The notes below the pieces were generated by a model. The model saw only the letters and a program-made list of their open reading frames with translations. It was not told where the DNA came from and made no database searches. Of a stretch of DNA of 64,000 nt, positions 43,086 to 64,000 are shown one piece after another. The position numbers and the translations under genes are program-made. The stretch covers positions 2,976,001 through 3,040,000 of the forward strand of contig CAVNZM010000014.1 in the NCBI GenBank assembly GCA_963693365.1, in the 5' to 3' direction. The first letter of the stretch is position 1. Each line of letters begins with the position of its first letter. Source of the stretch: Amoebidium appalachense (Eukaryota > Protista > Ichthyosporea).

Positions 43086-43652
43086 GTGTGCGTGTGTGTG
43101 TGTGCCTGTGGCATACATGACTGTGTACGTGTCTCGGGTGTGTGTGTGTGTGTGCATGTGTTTGTGTGTGGACGTGCGCGTGTGTGCATGTGTGCGGACT
43201 TGAGAGAGAGAAAGAGGGTTTAATCAGAGAACGGTTGTTCAATTATCCAATGATATCATTCAATATTTAGGTATATATGCGCGTTTACATCACCTTCCTT
43301 CATCGCAAAGTACCCGCCCTAGTATATAGACACTACAAACGAAGCACGAGACCGTTCTCGATGCGATATCTTGATTAATGGTCATGTGCCAGCTTCGCTC
43401 GTAGCTAGATGCATGCAGCCTATCTTTGTAATTGTCAAGTTGATCGATTCAATATGTAAAGCGGGGCAATCTATTGGCAGGTCGGTCGTGGATCCACATA
43501 TGTAAATAACGATTAACTGGAGGTGTAATGCTAACGGCTGTCTGGCTACAGCCCGATTCCTATTGGCAGAGCGGGTACCAGGTGCACGTCGTGACGGGAC
43601 GGTCTGGGTGGTACTTATGCCCGGGTGGTGGTGGTGGTGCTGATAGTGGTGG

Positions 43653-43706
<54 letters not shown>

Positions 43707-43717
43707 GGGTTCAATCT

Positions 43718-43847
43718 ATTAGACCGATTGCCGCCGACATCATCTGCGGCAATGCATGGCTTCCTGGCCGCATGATGTTGAAGATCCCCCCTGATCGTCG
43801 TACATTGCCACGAACATTGCCGCGGCTTCCAGCAGAATCGGTCTAAT
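43718..43847. repeat. 130-bp foldback (MITE-like or hairpin RNA)
   Basis: Perfect 12-bp terminal IR attagaccgatt/aatcggtctaat plus inner gcggcaatg/cattgccgc. Confidence 0.6.
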
Positions 43848-43979
43848 GAAGAACAGAAGCCAAGAAGCAGTATGCAAAAAGGCAAAGAAGTTAAAGGAAG
43901 TTGCGCAAGGGATAGAAGCAAAGAGCAAAGGAGCAGCACGTGAAAGATTCGTGGGGTGCATAGGCCTAGCCTAGAGACA

Positions 43980-44160
43980 GGGAGGGGGGGGGGGGGGGGG
44001 AGGGGGGGAGGGGGCCGGGTGAGGTTGGGGAGAGGGGGGGAGGGGGGGGGGGGAGGGGGGCCGGGTGGGGTTGGGGAGAGGGGGGGGGGGGGGGGGGGGA
44101 AGGGGGGCCGGGTGAGGGGGGGGGGGGGGGGGGGGGGGGGGGCCGGGGTGAGGCGGGGGA

Positions 44161-44193
<33 letters not shown>

Positions 44194-44195
44194 AG
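43980..44195. repeat. G-rich minisatellite
   Basis: ggggccgggtg(a/g)gg core recurs about 4 times among poly-G runs. Confidence 0.8.
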
Positions 44196-44575
44196 GAAAG
44201 GGGGATATCTATCTGTGGCATCAGCAACTGAATTGAACGGGGCTAATCGGATGACGTGCACTTGGCAAATTCGCAATTCCGAACGCCTGCCATATATATA
44301 GCATCAACTTATGTGCTAGTATTGGGGTGAATCAGCTGTGGTCAGGAGCACGAGGTCGCCAAATCAACCTTGATCAATGCCACACTTATAACCTTAGTAT
44401 CAAATATTGAGTGGTTAGAGAGCCGGGTACATGCATTTGTGCAGAACGCATGCTTAAAAAAAAAATAATGAACTGATATGATTTCGGTTTCTTGTTACAA
44501 TAAAAATTGTCGGAAAACCAGCAATAGCCAATCATCGTTGCTCTAATCCTAGAACCGAGAACCAACCAATCAAGT

Positions 44576-44764
44576 CAGGGGTTGAAGGAATTTTTGACTT
44601 CTAATCGTATTAGTGAGAACTCAGAAAAATTTGGACCCTTCAGAGTCGTTTTACTAAGTTTTTATGAAACACAAAAAGTACAAATTGAATGACCCATTTT
44701 AATCGTATTGGGGGGTCCTTCTAAATCGTAAATACGACGTTTTTGGGTCGCTTTTCAACCCCTG
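44576..44764. mobile_element. hAT-like MITE (189 bp)
   Basis: Perfect 11-bp TIR caggggttgaa/ttcaacccctg; repeated internal aatcgta motif; flanking 8-mers aatcaagt/gtacaagt (5/8). Confidence 0.75.
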
Positions 44765-45798
44765 GTACAAGTGGAGCAGACTGTTTTCAACCAGTCGGGC
44801 CAGGCACGCCCAATTCGAACCATGGATCGCAGTCACGGAGTCACGGCCCTACATATGTAGATGGCGGAAAACTGCCGCAAAGTTTGCAAACTGCGCACGG
44901 AAATACAGTGCATCTCCCACCCACATATTGTGCTCCTCACTAGTACAACAAAACGACGCTGTGGTATTCTGATGTGAACTGTTCTTTGCGTCATAGGCTA
45001 CCTGTACAGCCACCCCCTCACTTTGAACGCATGAATCACCGCCTCCGGGGCCCGGGCCCCCCAGACAGTCCCAGTCTTGCTCTCTGCAGATAGAATGCTA
45101 TGGCAATAATCATTGAATAATGGCATGCGCTTTCGCATACCAGATTTACCATGGAATTTTCGTGTGTGGGTATTGAATGGGCCCATTGGGCACACCAGGA
45201 CCCAAAATTATCGGAAAGAACCTGGCAATGAGTGCATCTCTTGTTTAAATGGAGCACTTTCAAATTTACCACTGACATTGTATACACATACAGCTCTACA
45301 TGTGGAAGGTATACCAATTTTCTTATTTATTATCAACTTATTATAACTTTTTTACCAAGGCATATTAGCTCCGAGGACCGTGTACGAAGGGCCTGCCGTT
45401 CGGAGTTGGTTGTTTGCCACAGCTCAAGGAATTCCACCAATCATCTGCGACATCGCAATCTGGGTATGTCTGCTGTGTGATAGTAAACCAATGTAAGGGG
45501 TCTCCGTTCTATCGGGTAGTTCGGGTTGGACAACTGACGTAGGTGTGCAGGCTACCCATTTCTCGCAGAAAATGCTACCAAAAATATATACATAGATTCC
45601 AAAATGATCGATCCTTGAATATAATGATGCCTCAGAGCTTAGAACTGAACAAAAGTCTTAGTCCTCTTGTCAGCATTTTATTGTCGTTATGTTGTTTGCT
45701 TCACTTGCTATAACCGATTTCGGAACCAATCACAGTCAGTGTTTACCAAATGCGTTACTGCCGGCTTGAACTTCGCGACAGCCCAAAACAACGTCGCC

Positions 45799-45805
45799 TA
45801 TAAAA
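45799..45805 (+). promoter_or_regulatory. TATA box of the secreted-protein gene
   Basis: TATAAAA ~95 bp upstream of ATG45895 (context gccATG). Confidence 0.55.
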
Positions 45806-45894
45806 CCAGGAACACATCTCAAAGTCACCTCAGAAATCCCAACACAAGTGACCTTCACAACCTTTGAATCCCTAGAAAAGCCGAAACCATCGCC

Positions 45895-46674
45895 ATGAAG
45901 TCCATTATCCTCGCCGCTGCTCTGGCTGTTGCCTCGGGCCTCTCGACCCAACCCCGCACACAGAGCTCCAACTACGTCATGACTTGCACCGAGTGGGACG
46001 CCTCAGACCTTGGCGCCTGCCCCGCCCACTATGGGGTTTGGAGCAACAGAAAGTGTGCGCGCTATGTAGGCCACGAAGTGTTCGACATGTGCACGGTGGA
46101 TGAGTGCTGTGTCCCCGTCTTCTCGGGCCACTCGAACGACACGGACACAGAGAACACTTCAAATGATCATGACACCGACACCGAGAACGCAAACGACATT
46201 GACACAGAGAACACTACAGACGACATCGACACAGAGAACAAAAACCACACCCACAAAGAGAACACAAACCACACGCACACAGACAACTCTACGTCCACAG
46301 AGAACTACATCATGACTTGCACCGATTGGGACGCCTCAGACTTTGGCGCCTGTCCCGCCTACCACGACGTTTGGGGCCGCAGGAAGTGTGCGCGCAATGT
46401 AGGCCACGATGTGTTCGACAAGTGCACGGTGGATGCGTGCTGCAGGCCGCAGAAGCCCACACGTGCGCGGCGGCAGGGCTCGGCTGCAAGCGGCAGCGAG
46501 GGGGAGGGCGAGGGGCTGCAGGGCGGGTCGACGCCCACGAACTGCAAGGACTGGTTCTACGCCACACACGCAGAGTGCCCCCAAGACACGTGGCCCGCTG
46601 AGTCCCGGCCCTGCCTGCCCTACACAAACAAGAAGCTGCCCGTGTGCTCCCTCGAAACGTGCTGCAAGGCCTAG
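45895..46674 (+). CDS. Intronless secreted cysteine-rich repeat protein (259 aa)
   Basis: Signal peptide MKSIILAAALAVASG; two near-identical 6-Cys modules (NYxMTCTxWDASDxGACPA...KCAR...CTVDxCC) separated by a T/D/E/N-rich linker; third diverged 6-Cys module; GC-rich third positions. Confidence 0.88.
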   Translation: MKSIILAAALAVASGLSTQPRTQSSNYVMTCTEWDASDLGACPAHYGVWSNRKCARYVGHEVFDMCTVDECCVPVFSGHSNDTDTENTSNDHDTDTENANDIDTENTTDDIDTENKNHTHKENTNHTHTDNSTSTENYIMTCTDWDASDFGACPAYHDVWGRRKCARNVGHDVFDKCTVDACCRPQKPTRARRQGSAASGSEGEGEGLQGGSTPTNCKDWFYATHAECPQDTWPAESRPCLPYTNKKLPVCSLETCCKA

Positions 46675-47259
46675 GTGTCACAGGAGTGCGAGCATCAGTG
46701 CTAAACCGTACATAAATAATAGCATTGGCTAACGTGTAGTAACAAGCCTTTGTGTGACAATTTGCTTCCAGCATTTCTCTTTAGCTAGTAACCCCTTTAT
46801 ACACCCTTTGACCGTCATCATGCTGTTGTTCACGGCCGTCTTTTGCTTTCCATATGATGCTTATACAACTATGACATAGCGCTAGCATAGCTCGGATATA
46901 TTGTCATAATATATGTACAGTATATGTGAAACTGTCGAGTTTTGAAGAGGCGACTGTTCGCAATTGAACTTCTGTCAATAAAAAACATACATTATATTTC
47001 ACGGGCTTGCCAATTCCCGGTGCAATTGCCGCTATGGCTCAGCGTATCGGAATACCATTGGGGTTTCATCAAACCGGGGGGGGCGGGAAGGGGGAGGGGA
47101 GGGGGAGGGGGGAGGGGGGAGGTGCACGCCGGGGGGAGGGGGGGAAAGGAGGAGGGTAGGAGCGGGGGGGAGGCTGGGAAGGGGGGGGAGGGGGGGGGGG
47201 GGGGGGGGGAGGATAGTGTAAATTTTGTTCCCTTTTTCCCCCTCAAACTCCTCCCCCCC

Positions 47260-47310
<51 letters not shown>

Positions 47311-47534
47311 ACACAGTGTGTCACCTCTGCCCCCATTCCGCCCAGCGCCGCCGGCTCCCCTCCCCTCCTTACTCTAATAGGCCCACTGGAATCTCAGATT
47401 GAGGCCTACTTGCTTATTTTTGTTGCTCAATAAGTCGTTCTATCATAGTTTCCACTTTCCCCCACAGCAAACTGCAAACCATCCTGGACGACCCCGCTCT
47501 ACCCCTTACGACCAAAAAATGTACATACGAGCGC

Positions 47535-47566
<32 letters not shown>

Positions 47567-47813
47567 CCCCTTCCCCCCCCCCCCCCCCCTTGCCCTCCCT
47601 TTCCCCCCCGTTTCCTGTCCCCCCCCCCCCCCCCCCCCCCTCCCCCACCCACCCAACCAGCCACCTGGCCATCCACACACACACAGGGCCACATATCCAC
47701 GTAAGTACGGTTAGGGGTGGGGGGGAGGAAGGGAAGAAAAGAAAGAAAATGATGAAAGAAAACTTGCTGCAGCCGGGTGGAAGCATGCAAGAGACCTCGG
47801 ACATCCCTCCCCC

Positions 47814-47936
47814 AGCTTAAACGGTTATACAGTACGATCTGTGTCTAGGCGGAAGACGGTAAGCTCCCCTGAGGCAGTGCCTCGCCGGGAGTGAAACGGG
47901 ATAAAATAAAAAAAATAAAAAAAAGCTTAAACGGTT
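47814..47936 (+). mobile_element. 5'-truncated non-LTR retro-insertion (SINE or LINE 3' end) with A-rich tail and 13-bp TSD
   Basis: agcttaaacggtt at 47814-47826 and 47924-47936; 74-bp body with hairpin ctccc..gaggc agt gcctc..gggag; tail ataaaataaaaaaaataaaaaaa. Confidence 0.8.
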
Positions 47937-48001
47937 CGTTTGTGTGCCGCAGTGCCACCCAAGACACCTTGTAAATTACATATCCATTCTCAGCCCCCTC
48001 C

Positions 48002-48041
<40 letters not shown>

Positions 48042-48121
48042 CCCCCGCCCCCTGTGGTCCCAAATCAATCCACGGTTACCCAAACTATTTGCTCCTTTCT
48101 TTCTGCGCCAGCTCCATTCCC

Positions 48122-48160
<39 letters not shown>

Positions 48161-48188
48161 CCCCCCCCCACCCACCCACCCCTTCCCC

Positions 48189-48224
<36 letters not shown>

Positions 48225-48693
48225 CCACGACCACTTCGGGAGACTTTGAAGCAGGACTCGTATGACAGAGTCTTCGTTCAGATTCTGAATCGTGTGTATG
48301 GCAGCAAAAGTATAAGAGCCAAGGCAAAGATTTTGATTTCTAATTTTATGGCACGGTTTAAGCTGTGTGCGTGAACTCTTTTGGGTCCCCCCTTCTCCTC
48401 CCCCCCCCCCCCCCCCCCCCCCAGAGTAGAGGCGAGGGGAAGGGGGGGGAGGGGGGATGATGTGTCTTTGAAGCATACATGAACTTTTCACAGAAGCTGG
48501 CAACACAAACGCACATAACCACTCTGTTACACCCTCCCCACTTAGTTAAAAAAAAACTTTCGGTGAAGAACAGAAATCAATCCGCGAGTATATAACATCC
48601 TAACGGTTCGTGCAGGCCTCGACGCTTCCACCATACGGAGACAAAGCTTTATCATTTTTGTGTGTGTGTATATGTGTGTTTGTGTGTGTGTGT

Positions 48694-48724
<31 letters not shown>

Positions 48725-49270
48725 GGGGGGAGGGGGGGGGGCACGGGTAGGCGGAGGGGTTACTGTACAGGCTGTATTTCACATTGTATGTGTTAGTGTG
48801 TGCGCACACACTCACACTTGTGGCGTGGTGGAGCTGGTATGTGTTGCGTGTGTGTGTGTGGCACAGTGTGTCCAGCACACACGATATAAAATTTGTGTTG
48901 GTGGTGATAGTGGTTGTGGTATCTTTGTGTGTGTGTGCGAGTGTGTGTGTATGTGTGTGCACACGTGTGTGTGAGTTTGTGTGTGTGTGTGCTCGCATGC
49001 ATGCATTTGTGTGTGGTGATCATGATGGTGGTGGTGGTGGTGCGCATGCGCGTGCACGTGTCACGTGTATTTGTCTGTTGTTTGTGTGTGTGTGTGTGTG
49101 CGCGCGCGCGTGTGTGCGTGTGTTTGTGTGTGCGTGTGTGCCTGTAGGTGGGTGGGCAGGAAGGGGGTGGGGTTGGGGGTAGCTCGAATATAATCAATCC
49201 GCTACCAATTTCCTTTCTCTTCATTCAAAATCGCTGCCGGCCTTGCTTTGGTTCTTTCACCGCCACCAGC

Positions 49271-49319
<49 letters not shown>

Positions 49320-50949
49320 CCCCCCCCTCCCCCCCTCCCCCCCCCCCTCCCCCCCCCCCCCCCCCCCCCCCCACCACCACCACCCACCACCACCCCTCTC
49401 CCCCCCCCCCCCTTCCACCCCAACCATCACCACCACAACACTGATGAAGTTATCCAAATCTCTTCCCCGTGTCCACACATCACATCCAACAAGCTCCACG
49501 TCCCCCTAGACCCAATCCCCATGAGTTTCTTCACCCATCCACTGTGATAGTCTCTTTTCCGGAATTTTCGTCCCCGTTTGCCCAGGAAAAGGAGCAAACG
49601 TTCCAGGCTCCCCTGGCTTCCACAACGTCCCCCCCCCTCCCCCTTCCTTTCGGCCCTCCCCCCCGGGCCCCTCCCGGAGCCCCCTCCCCCCCCCCCCCCT
49701 CCCCCCCCCTTCCCCCCACTCTCCTCGCCTCTCAACCAACTCTCTTTTCCCGTAGTACTTAACCTTATTTCTATCAGAACACCATGCAATGCCTCAATAA
49801 TCCAAACTTAGTGACCCCTCTTCCTCTTCCCTCCCTCCCCACCGGAGCGGAGCGTCAGGGAGCTCTGTATTGAGCATTCCTTGTCCAGAAACAAAATTCT
49901 GTTTGGTATATGTTTGGGTCGGTGGTAGATAGGTGGGTGGGTGGGTGGGTAGGTGTGTGGGGTGAGTAGTGGGTAGGTGGGCGGGTGGGTGAGCAATCAG
50001 TACTAGTAAGCGGGGGGGGGAGAGGGGGGGGGGGGGGGGGGGGGGAGGGAGGGAGGGGAAGAGGGTTTCTTTTCTTTTCTTTCTGTCTTTTTTTTTTTTT
50101 TTTTTCCTTTTTTCTTTCTTTCTTTTTTCTTTCCTTTTTCCTTTCTTTCTTTTTTTTTTTTTTTTTGGGGAGAAGGGGGGGCAAAGGGTGGGGGGCTGCA
50201 ATATTTAGTGTTACGTACAACTCCATTATGATAGGGCGGGCATGCAAAATAATTACACAAAACAGTATTCAAGGCAGGAGTACCCCTGCCCAGGAGAAGC
50301 CAAAGTCATCTGGGATGGGTGTGTGTGTGTGTGTAAGTGTGTGTGCGGGGTGGGGGGGGGTGGGGGGGGGGGGGGACGAGTTGATACTAGGGGAGATGTG
50401 TGGTGCTGTGAGGAGGGGAACTTCGATGAGGAATCGGAGGAGCATCAGAGGTGGGGATTAAATGCGGTACACCGTACGAAAAAAAACAACAATATAAAGG
50501 GCATGATAATGATTGAGTGAATACATTGTTTGGAAACATTATCAATCACGGAATTACGGATAACATAGTGCGCTCTCTGTATACCACGAACCTTTTTTGG
50601 GGGAGAGGGGAGAGAGGGGAGGGGGGAGGGGTGGGGTGGGAGGGAGGGGGGGCTCTCCAACCAACAGCCAGTTTGTAACGCTATTCATCAAATCTTCAAT
50701 CATACATCAATTTAGATCTTACATACGTGTATGGGAGTTGACAGCTAAACTAAAAATACGCCACGATACATTCGTTCCATACACTACCTGATACAAACTT
50801 GAATATCTCTTCTCCACTTGGCTGTAATCAACACACACGGTTTACCACACGAGCCACCATAAAAAAAAACAAAAAAAACAAAAAAAAACAAAAAAACAAA
50901 AAACAAAGAAGGGAGAAGGAAAAAAAAGTACATTACTACTTTCGGAGAG

Positions 50950-52735
50950 TTAAGCAGATAGCATTTTGGTTACCACTTCCAGTTCCTCACCCTGCCCATC
51001 CCTCTCATACACCTTCACCATACACCTTAGCGCTCTCTTACTAGGGGAGAAACCAAGAACGGGTATCATAGAGAATACACCCTTTGCTCTAGTCCTCTCA
51101 TCCATCTCAACATAGCATTCGAGCACGCATTCCAAATCATCCCTATCCAACCCTACACCCAACCTTTTCATACGTTCATACAATGCATGCACCTGGCTAC
51201 ATTCGCCATTCCTAGCAAAAGCCTTCATCATTGCACCCAAAACCCGACCTTCGTCCATAACTTTCATTCCAGATTCATACATCTTCCTCACAAACAGGTT
51301 TACACCTACAGTGTGTCTACTCCTTCCAAGCCCATCTATCACCACCGCCACCTCAGCTGGAGAAAGTGGGGTCAAGATTGGTGTCTCGTCAATCATTTCA
51401 CACACCTGCTCCACATTTCCAGAATCCGCATATGCCTTTAACAAGCACACCGCCGTTTTTCTTTGCTCCAATTCTCTCCTCCTTGTTTGTCTTACCAACA
51501 ACGAGTGGACCCATCTCACGTTTTCATGATCCCCTACGTCGCTCAAACATTGAATCATCGTTGCTGCAGCCCGCCCGCCCTTCACGTGTCCCCGTTGCTC
51601 CAGGAGCATGTTCGTCGCCTTTCGCACCAATTCTCGATTTTCGCTCCTGGCGGCTGCCAGCAAAAGCGATAGAAGAGCACTGTTGGGTAAGAGAGTTTTC
51701 CTGCATGTTGAAAGATAGCTCTTAACAGCCCCCTCGGCAAGCGCCGATGTTAATTTGTCCTGCTTGGAGAGCACTGAAACGTACACTTGCGTGAAACGAA
51801 CAAATACCTCATGAAGCTGCTTGGAATCGGCACCCCGCAGAAAATAAAACGCGTCTCCCAATGAAACGCCGCGTGGGAGGGAGGAAAAGAAAAGGTAAAA
51901 CGTGTTTGGTCTAACCAGGAGGCCATAACGCAACATGGCGTCGTACATTCGTCGCAAGGGGTGGGTTCGTTTTGCCTCTGCTATTCGCTGAATGGGATGG
52001 TTGTACACTGTTATAACCGCATGTTTCAACCTGGCCGGTGGCTCTTGTCCTGCTTGTTTCTTGAACTTGGACAGGATTAAACGTGCTTGTGTGGGCGTGC
52101 TGATGTTCAACATCACAAAGCAGTGCTCTTCATTCAAACTCCCCGTGCGCGCCAAATGGTTGAAATGCTTCCATGCAAGGTTGAATTTCGTGTGCCTGCT
52201 ATGCTCACACAGTTGCTCCAACTTCGTCGCACTCACGTCGCAATCGTCCTTCATTCCATTGTCAACGTTTTGGGGTGGTGTCGAGATCCCAACTGCAGCT
52301 CCACTCGTAGGTGGGCTCAAGACCCGTTCGGCATTCGTAGGTGGTTTTGGGGGGTCATTTTCGTGAACGTTCGTCGATGCCAAAGTTTCCGGAAACCCCG
52401 TGGAAGAAGGTGCAGCACACGCTGCCGAAGAACCTTTAACTGCCCCATTTTTCCGCGCCTGGTGCTTGTGTCGATGCCGGATAAAAACATGGTGGATTTA
52501 CGCGTTGGCTCAGTGGGTGCCCAGCGGGAAGTAGCGTGTCACGCGCTAGCAGAAAGGGGCCAAGAAAGGGAATATGAAATTCTCCGGCTGCAAACGACGG
52601 GAACGTGAACCTCCGAGGCAGAAGAGGCACATGGTGTTGGCTAACGGCGATACCGCTACTTCTAAAACGCACGAGGCGGAACAACTCGACGTTTTTGCTA
52701 AACCGACCTAAAAGTGTCGGTGACCTGAGAAACAT
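50950..52735 (-). CDS. Pentatricopeptide-repeat (PPR) protein, probably mitochondrial (~580 aa; predicted 43-nt intron 52459-52501)
   Basis: Tandem ~35-aa helical repeats (LLKAYADSGNVEQVCEMI; VIDGLGRS..FVRKMYESGMK; AMMKAFARNGECSQVHALYERMKRLGVGLD); R/S/L-rich N-terminus MFLRSPTLLGRFSK joined in phase 0 via GTAAAT..CAG. Confidence 0.82.
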
Positions 52736-53477
52736 GATGGTGAAATAAAGTCAATGAAACGCCGACACCACTGCAGGCCGTTCGGCCCTGTGCTAATACT
52801 ACATTTGCCTGTGCATTAAACCCCAAACGACCGATGAAACTGACGATGTCAGTGTAAAACACACACAAAGAGGGGTGGTAAATTCGAAGGGCCCAAAAAA
52901 AGAAGGGAGGAGGGGGGGGGGGGGGGGGGAGGGGGGGGAGGAATAATAATCATTCGAGCTCTAACCTACTAGACTAGTGTTGGTGTACTCTATAGAAATC
53001 ACTTATTGAATTCTCCAAAGGATAAGAAGGTGAGAAAACACGACTCTGTTGACCACGTGTGTTCGTTGTGGTCTGAATGAGGGATTGAAAGGAATGCAGC
53101 TGCTACTATGTGATTGGTTATCTTAATTTCCGATACGCATTATTATTGGTAGATTTGCACATTTACGCAAACTGCTTTCGTGTGGCGCCAAGATTCAGTC
53201 CAAGAGACTTGACACGAAGCTGCAAAATCAGGAACGCTTGGGAGTTGAAAAGGGTGTTTTTGCAGGCACAACAACTTTGTTGTGTCACTGTTTTTGCGAA
53301 CTGAAAGTGTGTGTTGAGTAGTTTAGAGCAGGAGAGATAAAAGTTCCGTCGCTGTAGCTAGGCAGGTTGATCACTTTCACTTGAATTGTTGTTGTTACTT
53401 GACGGTGGTGGTCTATTTTGTTGCCCACTCTCTTTTTGTGGGTGCGTTGTCGAGAAAAGAAGAGCCAAAGGGAAAAG

Positions 53478-63449
<9,972 letters not shown>

Positions 63450-63489
63450 GTACGAATATATCCCCCCCCCCCCCCCCCCCCCCCCCCCC

Positions 63490-63533
63490 GGGCTCTGCAT
63501 TTTGTTTTCCGTTATAAATGTGCCCTTCGTGCT
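63490..63533 (+). repeat. Repeat family A, copy 7 (short, internally deleted), FAF1 intron
   Basis: gggctctgc|attttgttttccgttataaatgtgcccttcgtgct matches copy 2 (ctgcattgtgttatccgttatgattatgtacttcttact) with a deletion between tctgc microhomologies. Confidence 0.5.
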
Positions 63534-63713
63534 GCATAATGCATTCTACTCCCGCCCCTCATTCTCCCTCCCTCCCTTCCCCCCCCCCCCCCCCCCCCCC
63601 CCCCCTCTATCCCCCCTCCCCGCCGCACCTCCCCTTTTCCCCTCCTCCCTTCCTCACTTCCTCCGCTCGTCCCCTCCCCCCTCCCTCCCTCCCCTCCCCC
63701 TCCCCCCCCCCCC

Positions 63714-63747
<34 letters not shown>

Positions 63748-64000
63748 CCTTCCCCTCCCCCCCCTTCTACTTATCTCCCTTGGTCCCCCAGCCCTTCTCG
63801 TTCAAACCGACATCACCATCAGCCCCATCACAAGGACAAGCTAAAAGTAACAAAGTAACAGAATGTTTTTTCTACATTGACCCAAGACGAACAGGAGGGT
63901 GCAGGGGGGAGAGGAGAGGGTTTTTTTTTTTTTTTTTAGGGGGGGGGGGGGGGGGGGGGGAGGGGGGATGGCTGGCATGCTATGCTGTGTTTCTCGTTTT

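Noticed and set aside
44860-45310. Faint protein-kinase-like words (TEIQCISHPHIVLL; GIEWAHWAHQDPKL)
   Set aside because: Spacing is wrong, stops intervene and there is no HRD/DFG; cannot be distinguished from chance without a profile search.

Overview
Intron-rich eukaryotic genomic DNA; the gene set looks opisthokont/holozoan-like, but the taxon cannot be fixed from sequence alone. Introns and spacers are saturated with poly-C/poly-G runs and (CA)n/(TG)n, so most ORFs in the supplied track are translation artefacts. Genes reconstructed by hand from GT-AG exons: 3' half of Rap1 (+), a two-exon CXC/Myb-like/Zn-ribbon gene (+), a KCTD-type BTB pseudogene (+), PNKP (-, 14 exons) head-to-head with CDT1 (+, 15 exons), an intronless secreted 6-Cys-repeat protein (+), and a probable mitochondrial PPR protein (-) head-to-head with a FAF1-like UBA-UBL-UAS gene (+, runs off the window). 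Several small mobile-element relics are visible (hAT-like and Kolobok-like MITEs, a 39-bp TIR-only insertion, a poly-A-tailed retro-insertion with 13-bp TSD). The most unusual signal is a ~200-bp structured dispersed repeat seen 7 times, always intronic and always sense to the host gene, with parts of a hammerhead-ribozyme-like core.
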